From: an uncultured Candidatus Peribacteria bacterium
Lineage (GTDB): Bacteria > Patescibacteriota > Gracilibacteria > Peribacterales > Peribacteraceae
Direction of reading: 5' to 3'
Assembly (NCBI GenBank): GCA_964434585.1
Contig: CAYSVN010000001.1
Span: 1-57,078, forward strand
Length of the DNA stretch: 57,078 bases
Under the pieces are notes generated by a model. That model saw only the letters and a list, made by a program, of their open reading frames with translations. It made no database searches and was not told where the DNA came from. Position 1 is the first letter of the stretch. Each line of letters opens with the position of its first letter. Both the position numbers and the translations under genes were made by a program. This document shows positions 48,985-57,078 of this stretch, in pieces.

Positions 48985-50628
48985 GTGAACAAATTCTCAG
49001 CTTTTCTATCGGCTTTCTTGCTTGTAGCCCTATTAGGTGTAGGTGGTACCGTATTTGCACAAAGTAACTGGGACGCCACCTTAAAAGCTAGTACCGAGGC
49101 GTTTACCATTATTGATGACGCGGATAGCTTAAGTGATATCTACCTACAATTTGGTGAAAACGTAGCAGAAACATTAACGTTTAATTTAGCTAATGACCGT
49201 TTTGAATTTAGTAATGATATATACATAAATGGTAATATTGCTGCTACCGGTAGTTTATTTATTAGTAATGATGGTGTATCAAACGATGCTACTATTATTT
49301 TTGATGAGCTAACTTCAACGAACTTAAGTTATAACTTTGGTAATAATCGTTTTGAATTTAGTAACGATGTATATATAAATGGCGGCCTAGAGGCAGCAGG
49401 ATCTATTACCGGTACAACACTTGCAACAACTACTCTACCAAACTGTGAGACGTTAGAAACCAATAGCGGCGGCCAATTAACCTGTGGTGCCGGTACAGTA
49501 ATTGCTCAAACTGGTTCCTCTTTGGCCACTATTCAAGTACGGCGCAGTAGCGGTAGTGTCTTTACGCTAACAAACCAAGACCAATGGTATCAATTTCCAT
49601 TTACTATTATAGATAGCGAAAGTAATACAGATGTTATTGAACATAATACTACAACCGCTAGCCGTATTGATATTAAAGAAGATGGTTATTATTTCCTTTC
49701 TTACCGTGTAGACCACAATGCTAACGTTAACCATGAACTATGGGCACGTGTCACGCAAAACGGAATAGAAATTCCAGGGTCTTACACCCAAGGAAGAAAC
49801 TTTGGAGGCGAGTTTTCCCCCAATGTTATTAGCGTGGTTTCTTACCTAGAAAATGGTGATTATGTAGAGCTAGAAGTACAACGTAAAACAGTGTTAAATA
49901 TCCAAAATGACACTATTTTAACGGTAACAAAACTTGAAGGCGTTCGTGGGCCAGAAGGCCCGGCGGGAACAGGTGGTTTAACGCAAGCAGAAACAGATGC
50001 GCTTTATGTAAATACCGCCGGAGATACCATGACAGGCGCATTAATAAATACCGTTTCGGTAACTTCTGAATTTATTAATGTGGCCTCAGCGACGCCACCT
50101 ACTTGTAATGTAGCCAATTTTGGTAGGCAGTGGGTCGATAGCGATACGGGTATGTTATACGTTTGCGACCCAAGCCGTACTAAGTGGCTGACACCGGCTG
50201 ACCAAAGCATTTGGGGAGAGCAAAATGGAGCCCAGTGTGTAGCAGGTGATTCTATTGGTAGCGAAGGCGACTGTGTTATTGAGTATGGAAGCTCGGTTGG
50301 GGTAAACCAAGATACAGAAGATAATGCTATCTATTTTCCGCATCCAATAACTATTACTGGTTATGGTTTCTCTAACGATGATAACGACTGTAATACTGGT
50401 ACATTTAGCATTGAAACATGGACAAGTGGCGGCACAGCTACTGATGAACCATTAATATTTGAGGCAGATATTGCAACAGGCATTGGGAATGTAGACACTA
50501 GTCAATCTTCCAATCTTTCTATTGATTTAAGAGGGCAGCAGTATAGAACATTTGGTATTGATAATGATTGCGGCCAAACAATTGATGATTATAATATGAT
50601 TATCTATTATCGCTACCGACATGATTAA
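48985..50628 (+). CDS. Secreted paralog P1: RFEFSNDVYING repeat module x2, C1q/TNF-like jelly-roll, tail-fibre-like GDTMTG motif, Cys-containing C-terminal domain
   Basis: GTG start; signal peptide ...GGTVFAQS; IQVRRSSG...IDIKEDGYYFLSYRV...LENGDYVELEV has C1q-like spacing; GPEGPAGTGG; LYVNTAGDTMTGAL. Confidence 0.7.
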   Translation: MNKFSAFLSAFLLVALLGVGGTVFAQSNWDATLKASTEAFTIIDDADSLSDIYLQFGENVAETLTFNLANDRFEFSNDIYINGNIAATGSLFISNDGVSNDATIIFDELTSTNLSYNFGNNRFEFSNDVYINGGLEAAGSITGTTLATTTLPNCETLETNSGGQLTCGAGTVIAQTGSSLATIQVRRSSGSVFTLTNQDQWYQFPFTIIDSESNTDVIEHNTTTASRIDIKEDGYYFLSYRVDHNANVNHELWARVTQNGIEIPGSYTQGRNFGGEFSPNVISVVSYLENGDYVELEVQRKTVLNIQNDTILTVTKLEGVRGPEGPAGTGGLTQAETDALYVNTAGDTMTGALINTVSVTSEFINVASATPPTCNVANFGRQWVDSDTGMLYVCDPSRTKWLTPADQSIWGEQNGAQCVAGDSIGSEGDCVIEYGSSVGVNQDTEDNAIYFPHPITITGYGFSNDDNDCNTGTFSIETWTSGGTATDEPLIFEADIATGIGNVDTSQSSNLSIDLRGQQYRTFGIDNDCGQTIDDYNMIIYYRYRHD

Positions 50629-50693
50629 AACACAATAAACATACAATGGAAACTAGTTAATATTGTTAAAAAATGGTACAATGGTTAGATCTT

Positions 50694-52310
50694 GTGAACA
50701 AATTCTCAGCTTTCCTATCGGCTTTTGTAATAGTAGAATTATGTAGTGTAGTGCATACCGTATTTGCACAAAGCAACTGGGACGCCACCTTAAAAGCTAG
50801 TACCGAGGCGTTTACTATTATTGATGATTCCGATACACTTAGCGATATTTACTTACAATTTGGTGAAAGCGTAGCAGAAACGTTAACATTCCACCGTACG
50901 AATGATTGGTTTGAATTTAGTAACGATGTTTATATACAAGGAGAGTTAACTACTTCCGGCGTAACAATCTTGCCATTACCAGACTGTGCAAACTTAGTTA
51001 CCAATGGCTCTGGTAGTATTATTTGTGGCAATACAACACAAATAACATTTACCGGTAGCGACTTAGCCGCTGTACAAGTACGTCGAGACACAAATTTAAA
51101 TTTGGCATTAGCTAGTACATGGCTTGATATCACCTTTAATAATACCGATATTGAAAGTAACGTTGCAGCGTTAGAGCACAATGACGTTAATACAGAGATT
51201 ATTGATATCAAACAAGATGGGTACTATATGATTTCGTACCATGTTACGTCGTCTGGAGGTTCTACAACTGGTGTCCAACAGCACGATCTATCAGTCCGAG
51301 TGCTAAAGAATAATGCAGATGTTTTAGAGGGATCTTTAACACGTTCTGCTGAATTTGTGCTGGAATATATTCCAAATACTATTAGTATTTTGGCATTCTT
51401 GCAAAAAGATGATGAAATTAAGCTGCAAGCGCTGCGTGAACTTAACTCACCAAATGAGATTATTGATGAAACAGTCTTTACAATTGTAAGCTTGGAAAGT
51501 GGTGGTTCTAGTGGTTCGTTGCTTCAAGTAGATGCTGATGATTTGTATGTTAATACCACTGGTGATACGATGACAGGAACATTAAATATTGCTAATGGTG
51601 GAGAATTAAATGTAGAAGGTAGTATTACGACCGATTCCAATTTGGGGTTAAATAGCGATGGGGCCGCTGTTGATGTCGGCATACGGTTTGGTGGTCCAGC
51701 AACACAATCACTTGTGTATGCAATAGGAAACACGCGGTTTGAATTTAGTGATGATGTGTATGTAAATGGTAACGCAGCAGTCACAGAAAATTTATTTATT
51801 AACGTTGATGATACTGCCGCAGATGCTAGTATTTCATTTGGGGGAACTACTCCACAAAGCCTATTATACTCTGATGGAAACACTCGGTTTGAATTAAGTG
51901 ATGATACCCAAATTGATGGAGAATTAGGTGTGACAGAAAATATCAACAGTCGCTGTGGAGCCCATGATAGCTTTAGTTTTGAACGTGGTGGTGTAAGCTC
52001 TAATAATTCCTGGGCAGTTGGTAATGGGCAAACACCTTGGGGTGCACCAATGGCTTGTAGCGGAGAAGTAACAGCAATGTCCGCGGTTTGTACGGGCTCA
52101 ATTGGAACCTCGCTCACTGCAGTGCTGCGTAAGAATAACGTTCCAACAACTTGTGTGGTTAATATTGCAGCGACAGTTGGTGATGCAACCTCGGTTGATT
52201 GCAATGAAACATTTGCTGTCGATGATGTATTAGGAATCTATGCTGGAACAGAAACAGGTGCTTGGACAGAATGTGTTGGTACATTTTGGACAAGGTATGA
52301 TATTCAATAG
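50694..52310 (+). CDS. Secreted paralog P2 (start moved to GTG 50694): repeat module, C1q/TNF-like domain, GDTMTG motif, two further repeat modules, Cys-rich C-terminus
   Basis: The 5' ~150 nt are nearly identical to P1. VQVRRDTN...IDIKQDGYYMISYHV; LYVNTTGDTMTGTL; NTRFEFSDDVYVNG and NTRFELSDDTQIDG. Confidence 0.7.
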   Translation: MNKFSAFLSAFVIVELCSVVHTVFAQSNWDATLKASTEAFTIIDDSDTLSDIYLQFGESVAETLTFHRTNDWFEFSNDVYIQGELTTSGVTILPLPDCANLVTNGSGSIICGNTTQITFTGSDLAAVQVRRDTNLNLALASTWLDITFNNTDIESNVAALEHNDVNTEIIDIKQDGYYMISYHVTSSGGSTTGVQQHDLSVRVLKNNADVLEGSLTRSAEFVLEYIPNTISILAFLQKDDEIKLQALRELNSPNEIIDETVFTIVSLESGGSSGSLLQVDADDLYVNTTGDTMTGTLNIANGGELNVEGSITTDSNLGLNSDGAAVDVGIRFGGPATQSLVYAIGNTRFEFSDDVYVNGNAAVTENLFINVDDTAADASISFGGTTPQSLLYSDGNTRFELSDDTQIDGELGVTENINSRCGAHDSFSFERGGVSSNNSWAVGNGQTPWGAPMACSGEVTAMSAVCTGSIGTSLTAVLRKNNVPTTCVVNIAATVGDATSVDCNETFAVDDVLGIYAGTETGAWTECVGTFWTRYDIQ

Positions 52311-52363
52311 ATAGATAAAAAATAGTAAAATTATAAAAAATATGGTATAATAATATAATAATC

Positions 52364-53152
52364 ATGAGAAAATCATTGTTATTATTGGCTGTTTTACTAA
52401 TACCATTAATTAGTGGTATGCATACTGTTGTTGCCAGTAGTTGGAACCCTACGTTAAAAGTAAGCACAGAGCCTTTTACAATTATAGATGATAGTGCTGG
52501 ATTACTAGAAGATATTTACTTACAATTTGGTGATACATTAGCAGAAACATTAATGTTTAACCGTGCTAACAATAGGTTTGAATTTAGTGATGATGTATAT
52601 GTAAATGGTGATATTGAAGCCGCTGGAGTTGTCACAGCATCACAGGCGACATTAACAGGATTGGTAAATTGTTCAAAGTTAAAAACAAACACTTTAGGGC
52701 AAGTCACTTGTAATACCGATCCTTCTATTTTGCATGTTGACACAAGTTCTATTGTAACAACTGGAGCAAACTGGATAACAGCATATTCTGTAGTTATTCC
52801 CGGTGGAACAATTGGTGTGGGCAATGCACTTGATATTGATGTATGGGCAGATAGAACGAGTGGTACCAGCTCAGCAGCATTTAGGGTGCTATATGGTGGA
52901 TCACAAATTGTCGCAATGGGAAATAACGGTAATGACCCAGCCCGTATCGATGTCATGATTAAAGGTGATGGAACTACAAGTGCGCAAAAAGGATTTATGG
53001 ACCACAGTAATTCGGGTAATGGTGGTACAAACCGTGGTAATGTTGCTATTGATTCTACGGTAGACCAAACATTACAAATACAAATTAACCCCAATGTTGA
53101 TACAAACAATTGGACATTTGAATATTTAAGTATTGAAGTTCTAGAGCCGTAA
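52364..53152 (+). CDS. Secreted paralog P3 (short): one repeat module plus a beta-rich C-terminal domain
   Basis: Signal peptide LLAVLLIPLISGMHTVVASS; shared SWNPTLKVSTEPFTIIDD...IYLQFGDTLAETLMFNRANNRFEFSDDVYVNGD. Confidence 0.65.
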   Translation: MRKSLLLLAVLLIPLISGMHTVVASSWNPTLKVSTEPFTIIDDSAGLLEDIYLQFGDTLAETLMFNRANNRFEFSDDVYVNGDIEAAGVVTASQATLTGLVNCSKLKTNTLGQVTCNTDPSILHVDTSSIVTTGANWITAYSVVIPGGTIGVGNALDIDVWADRTSGTSSAAFRVLYGGSQIVAMGNNGNDPARIDVMIKGDGTTSAQKGFMDHSNSGNGGTNRGNVAIDSTVDQTLQIQINPNVDTNNWTFEYLSIEVLEP

Positions 53153-53267
53153 TTAATTAAGGTGGTAAATATAATTAAAAATACCTATATAGCTATCCAG
53201 GTAAAAACCACTACCAAAGTCTTAGAACCAGGTATCACATCGATAGACTTCGAGTTATAATCTATTT

Positions 53268-54386
53268 ATGAAAATTATTCTAGCTCATGAACTTTTAACC
53301 ATGCGTGGCGGTGCAGAACGTGTTGTAAAAGCGCTGGCAGATAAATATAAAGACGCGCCAATTATTACATTACTCTATCATCAAAAAAAATTACAGAGCT
53401 GGTTTCCAGAATCACGAGTGAAAGTTTCGATGCTTCAATTATTTAGCTGGCTCACAACTAATCACCATGTTTACCTACCGTTATTTCCGCGTGCAGTAGA
53501 TTCTATTCGCGTGGACCAGCATGCAGATGTTCTATTAAGCTCGTCTTCTGCGTTTATGCACGGTCTTAAAACACCAAGTAATACAAAGCATATTTGTTAC
53601 GTTCATGCACCAGCCAGGTATCTTTGGGACAGAACACACGAAATGCTAGAGCGCGCAAATCAGGGCGTATTGGGTCCACTTAAATATTGGCTGGCATCAA
53701 TATTATTTCACCATTTACGCAAGTGGGATGTTGCAGTAGCAACTCGGCCAGATGTACTACTAGCTGCTTCTAAAGACGTGCAGCGTCGCATTAAATTATA
53801 TTGGGGCCGCGAAAGCCAGGTGGTTTATCCGTTTGTAGATAATTACTGGCTAGAGCAAGACGGCGTACTGCCAAGGCCAGTAGAGCACGAATACTACTTG
53901 GTAGTGTCGACGCTTGTGCGCTATAAGCAAATAGAATTAGCGGTAAGAGCGTTTAATGAGAACGGTAAAAAATTAATTATTGTAGGCGAAGGGCCCGATA
54001 AAAAACGCCTCCAGTATATGGCTTACAGCAATATTACGTTTGTAGGTTATAAAGAACGCGATGCATTATGTGCTTATTACCAACATGCGCGAGCAGTAAT
54101 ATTCCCAGGGGAGGAAGACTTTGGTATTGTGCCACTAGAAGCAATGTCGCAAGGAACACCACTTATTGCTTATGGCCGTGGTGGAGCGCTAGAGACTATA
54201 AAAAATAATACACATGGTGTGTTATTTAATGAGCCATATTATGCAGCAATAAACCAGGCAGCACAGCAGTTAGAAACCATGGAGTTCGATAAACCTACGC
54301 TAAAACAACAAGCTGCCAAGTTTAGTAAGCAGGTATTTTTTAAAACAATTGATAATGTTGTAACAACTGCAGTTTCGGTAGATTAA
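53268..54386 (+). CDS. Glycosyltransferase family 4 (GT-B fold)
   Basis: GEEDFGIVPLEAMSQGTPLIAYGRGGALETI (E-x7-E region). Confidence 0.85.
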   Translation: MKIILAHELLTMRGGAERVVKALADKYKDAPIITLLYHQKKLQSWFPESRVKVSMLQLFSWLTTNHHVYLPLFPRAVDSIRVDQHADVLLSSSSAFMHGLKTPSNTKHICYVHAPARYLWDRTHEMLERANQGVLGPLKYWLASILFHHLRKWDVAVATRPDVLLAASKDVQRRIKLYWGRESQVVYPFVDNYWLEQDGVLPRPVEHEYYLVVSTLVRYKQIELAVRAFNENGKKLIIVGEGPDKKRLQYMAYSNITFVGYKERDALCAYYQHARAVIFPGEEDFGIVPLEAMSQGTPLIAYGRGGALETIKNNTHGVLFNEPYYAAINQAAQQLETMEFDKPTLKQQAAKFSKQVFFKTIDNVVTTAVSVD

Positions 54387-54406
54387 AGCTGTGATATACT
54401 GTGGTC

Positions 54407-55318
54407 ATGAAAACTATTGCTGTTATTGGTGCCGGTGATGTTGGTGCTCACATTGTAAATGCAGGCATGAGCGCAAGGCTAGAGGCTCAATTCTATTTGG
54501 TAGATATTAATAAAGAATTAAGCGCTTCCCAAGTATTAGATTTAAAAGACAGTCAGTTGCCTGCTGGTAAATCATTAGTAGAAGATGCTGATTTTTCTCA
54601 TCCAGATGTTCAATCTGCAGATATTTATGTAATAACTGCTGGAGTAAAGCAAAAACCAGGCGAAAGCAGATGTTCATTACTCGGGCGTAATAAAGTTATT
54701 TTAGAATCTATTAAAGAGCAGCTACCTTCTATAAAACCAGAAGCAATTGTTATGCTGGTAACAAATCCAGTAGATATTTTAACGCAAATAGCTAATGAGC
54801 TTTTTAGCTTACCGCAAGGCCAGGTATTTGGAACTGGAACCATATTAGATACCAATCGCTTCCATTGGCGCCTAGCAAAGCATTTAAGCCAGCAGCTAGA
54901 AGATGTATCTGGTTATGTATTAGGTGAGCATGGTGATAGTGGCTTTATCGCTTGGTCGACCGTTCATACAGCTACTGTTATTAATAATGAATCTAAAAAT
55001 ACAATGGAAACAGATGTTCGCAGTGCTGCCCACACTATTATAGATGGAAAAGGATCTACATATTTTGGTGTCAGCGCAATGGTAACATTGTTGCTTCGTG
55101 CCATCATCCATAATTCACAAAAAGTTTTACCAGTATCAACTTCGTTAAAAGGGCAGTATGGGTTACATAATATTGCACTTGGTGTTCCAGCGGTCATTGG
55201 CAGCCAGGGGGTTCAGTCTGTTATAGAGCTAGAGTTAACACCTAAAGAACAACAGCAGTTACAAAATTCTGCAGCAGAATTGCAGAAACTATTTACCGAA
55301 TGTTCACTCCATTCATAG
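54407..55318 (+). CDS. ldh: L-lactate/malate dehydrogenase family, LDH-like (track start is GTG 54401)
   Basis: IAVIGAGDVGAH, ITAGVKQKPGESR, VTNPVDILT, LGEHGDS. Confidence 0.88.
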   Translation: MKTIAVIGAGDVGAHIVNAGMSARLEAQFYLVDINKELSASQVLDLKDSQLPAGKSLVEDADFSHPDVQSADIYVITAGVKQKPGESRCSLLGRNKVILESIKEQLPSIKPEAIVMLVTNPVDILTQIANELFSLPQGQVFGTGTILDTNRFHWRLAKHLSQQLEDVSGYVLGEHGDSGFIAWSTVHTATVINNESKNTMETDVRSAAHTIIDGKGSTYFGVSAMVTLLLRAIIHNSQKVLPVSTSLKGQYGLHNIALGVPAVIGSQGVQSVIELELTPKEQQQLQNSAAELQKLFTECSLHS

Positions 55319-57078
55319 TTGTGAATTCAAACCTAGAACATTTACAGGCAACGGTAAAGCAGGCGCCAACAGGCCCTGGTGTTTATCAATGGAAAAACGA
55401 AAAAGGCACCGTGCTTTATGTTGGTAAGGCTAAAAATTTACGAAACCGTTTAAAAAATTACGTGCATACTAAGCCAGATATAACAGATGGTCCTTGGAAG
55501 CGAGCCTTAAAAGAGCATATTGCAGATGTAGACTGGACCATTACCACAACCGAAATTGAAGCACTGGTGCTGGAAACAAATATTATTAAGCAGTTGCGCC
55601 CAAAATATAATATTGTCATGAAAGATGGTAAAAATTATATTTATGTTCGCGTTGGTATCGACGAGCCGTACCCAACGGTACGACTTCAGCGTCATCCTCA
55701 ACGAGACAAGGCCAAGTATTACGGGCCATTTTTACAAAAGTACCAAATAGAAAATATTTTAGATGCACTCCACCTGGTATGGCCATGGAAAACGTGTAAG
55801 CAATCTATTACTAAGCTTAATAATAATCCAGAAGCCCAACTTAAAAACCCATGCCTAGAAGCGCAAATTAAACAGTGTTGTGGTACGTGTAATGGTGTAA
55901 TAACTCAAGAAAATTACCGAGTATCTATTGGTTATTTACAAGATTTTTTAAAAGGAAATCATAAAGCCGCAAAAGATGCCATTACAGCCAAAATGCAAGA
56001 AGCTGCTGCTGTTAAACAGTTTGAAAAAGCGGTAAAACTACGCGATGCTATTGGATGGATAAAGCAACTAAATGAGCGCCAACAGGTATCGGACACTACC
56101 GGTGAAAGTACCGACTACATTGGTCTTGCTCTTGGTAAAACCGAGGCGCAAATTGTTATTTTAAAAGAGCGCGATGGTCGCGTGGTTTACGAAGACATCT
56201 TAAGCTTAAAGACATCGCTCGACGACCCGGCAGAAATATTACGGCAGTTTATAACACAGTATTATGACCAAAACATGATACCCCCTGTTATTGCGTTGCC
56301 AACCGAGGTTGCAGATAGCGAAATTGAGCAAAATTGGCTGCGTGAGCAACGCGACGGAGCAGTAGAGCTGCTTGTGCCCCAGCGTGGTAAAAAAAGCCGC
56401 CTAAGCGCATTAGCAGTTAAAAATGCTGATAGTAAAATGCGCGCCAAGCTTACCAAGTGGGAAGCACAAACTAAAGGACGTAAACAAGCGCTAGAGGACT
56501 TAGAAAAACTACTGCAACTGCCAGCATTCCCAAAACGAATAGAGGGGTACGATATTTCGCACTTAGCAGGGGATTTTACCGTAGGAAGTATGGTAATAAT
56601 GCACGATGGTAAAGCAAAAAACGACCACTACCGAAGTTTTAGTATTAAAACCTTAAAACAGGGAGAGGTAGACGATTATCAGTCTTTAAAAGAAGTATTA
56701 AAACGACGTTTACGTTATATTGCAAAAGAGGCAGTCCGCCTAAAATGGGAAGAGGCAGGCGTAACATTTGGAAGGGCAAAAAAATCTGAAATAGAAACAT
56801 TAAAAAAAGTAATTGATGATCATAAAGAATATATCTATGCAAATGAAGTTATACCAAAAGAGTTTATAGTCGCTCGATTTGAAGATGAAATTATTGCCTT
56901 TGCGAGAATAGAAGAATATAACAGTGTGAAAGAGCTCTGTTGCGTGTGGGTGCATGATCATTGGAGAGGTCAAAAATTAGGGTATCAAATAATTGAAAGA
57001 TTATTAAAACCAGTAAAAACTGGCAAGGTTTACATTTGTATTGATCCAAGCCTAGAAGAATATTATGCAGCTCTTAAT
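55300..57078 (+). CDS. uvrC: Excinuclease ABC subunit C, 3'-partial (runs off the window; alternative start GTG 55321), with a GNAT-like insertion from ~56719
   Basis: Manual translation: PGVYQWKNEKGTVLYVGKAKNLRNRLKNY (GIY-YIG), UVR-like KQFEKAVKLRD, IEGYDISHLAG, DDYQSLKEVLKRRL, then VWVHDHWRGQKLGYQIIERLL. Confidence 0.85.
   Translation, partial: MFTPFIVVNSNLEHLQATVKQAPTGPGVYQWKNEKGTVLYVGKAKNLRNRLKNYVHTKPDITDGPWKRALKEHIADVDWTITTTEIEALVLETNIIKQLRPKYNIVMKDGKNYIYVRVGIDEPYPTVRLQRHPQRDKAKYYGPFLQKYQIENILDALHLVWPWKTCKQSITKLNNNPEAQLKNPCLEAQIKQCCGTCNGVITQENYRVSIGYLQDFLKGNHKAAKDAITAKMQEAAAVKQFEKAVKLRDAIGWIKQLNERQQVSDTTGESTDYIGLALGKTEAQIVILKERDGRVVYEDILSLKTSLDDPAEILRQFITQYYDQNMIPPVIALPTEVADSEIEQNWLREQRDGAVELLVPQRGKKSRLSALAVKNADSKMRAKLTKWEAQTKGRKQALEDLEKLLQLPAFPKRIEGYDISHLAGDFTVGSMVIMHDGKAKNDHYRSFSIKTLKQGEVDDYQSLKEVLKRRLRYIAKEAVRLKWEEAGVTFGRAKKSEIETLKKVIDDHKEYIYANEVIPKEFIVARFEDEIIAFARIEEYNSVKELCCVWVHDHWRGQKLGYQIIERLLKPVKTGKVYICIDPSLEEYYAALN

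Noticed and set aside
48985-53152. A diversity-generating retroelement acting on the variable C-termini of the three paralogs.
   Set aside because: No reverse transcriptase ORF is present, and I could not find by eye a template/variable repeat pair with adenine-specific mismatches in the window. This cannot be excluded without a computational TR/VR search.

Overview
AT-rich bacterial chromosome fragment that uses the standard code (TGA, TAA and TAG all terminate clear genes). Gene content suggests a small-genome, CPR/Patescibacteria-like organism; that placement is inference only. Housekeeping genes include alaS, nrdR, aspS, rpiB, rnc, nusB, lepB, yebC, comEC, rpmH, ligA, cysS, rpsF-rpsR, relA/spoT-like, dtd, pyrG, ldh, uvrC and two tRNAs. 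There is an 18-gene ribosomal protein block, rplC to rpsE (25.9-34.3 kb), with no rpsJ in front and nothing after rpsE. Between these genes lie orphan regions and several dispersed repeat families. (1) A ~155-170 nt structured element occurs in four copies with compensatory stem changes, arranged as two inverted pairs; one pair brackets cysS directly after the r-protein block. (2) A ~100 nt palindromic element built from GTTGCAGAGGT-like words occurs in five copies, one inserted in frame inside ligA; ligA also carries an in-frame TAG. (3) A GIY-YIG ORF is bounded by 40-bp terminal inverted repeats whose core also flanks an SLH surface-protein gene. (4) An orphan island (18.5-25.7 kb) holds three tandem small-membrane-protein modules followed by a three-gene operon ending in a 1537-aa protein. 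(5) Next to tRNA-Lys sit three paralogous secreted proteins with tail-fibre-like and C1q/TNF-like features (48.9-53.2 kb), whose 5' ends are nearly identical at the nucleotide level. Many genes have a -10-like hexamer 6-8 nt upstream of the start codon and no Shine-Dalgarno, which suggests widespread leaderless mRNAs. No CRISPR array, integrase, transposase or reverse transcriptase was recognised. All functional calls rest on motif recognition by eye; no database search was run.
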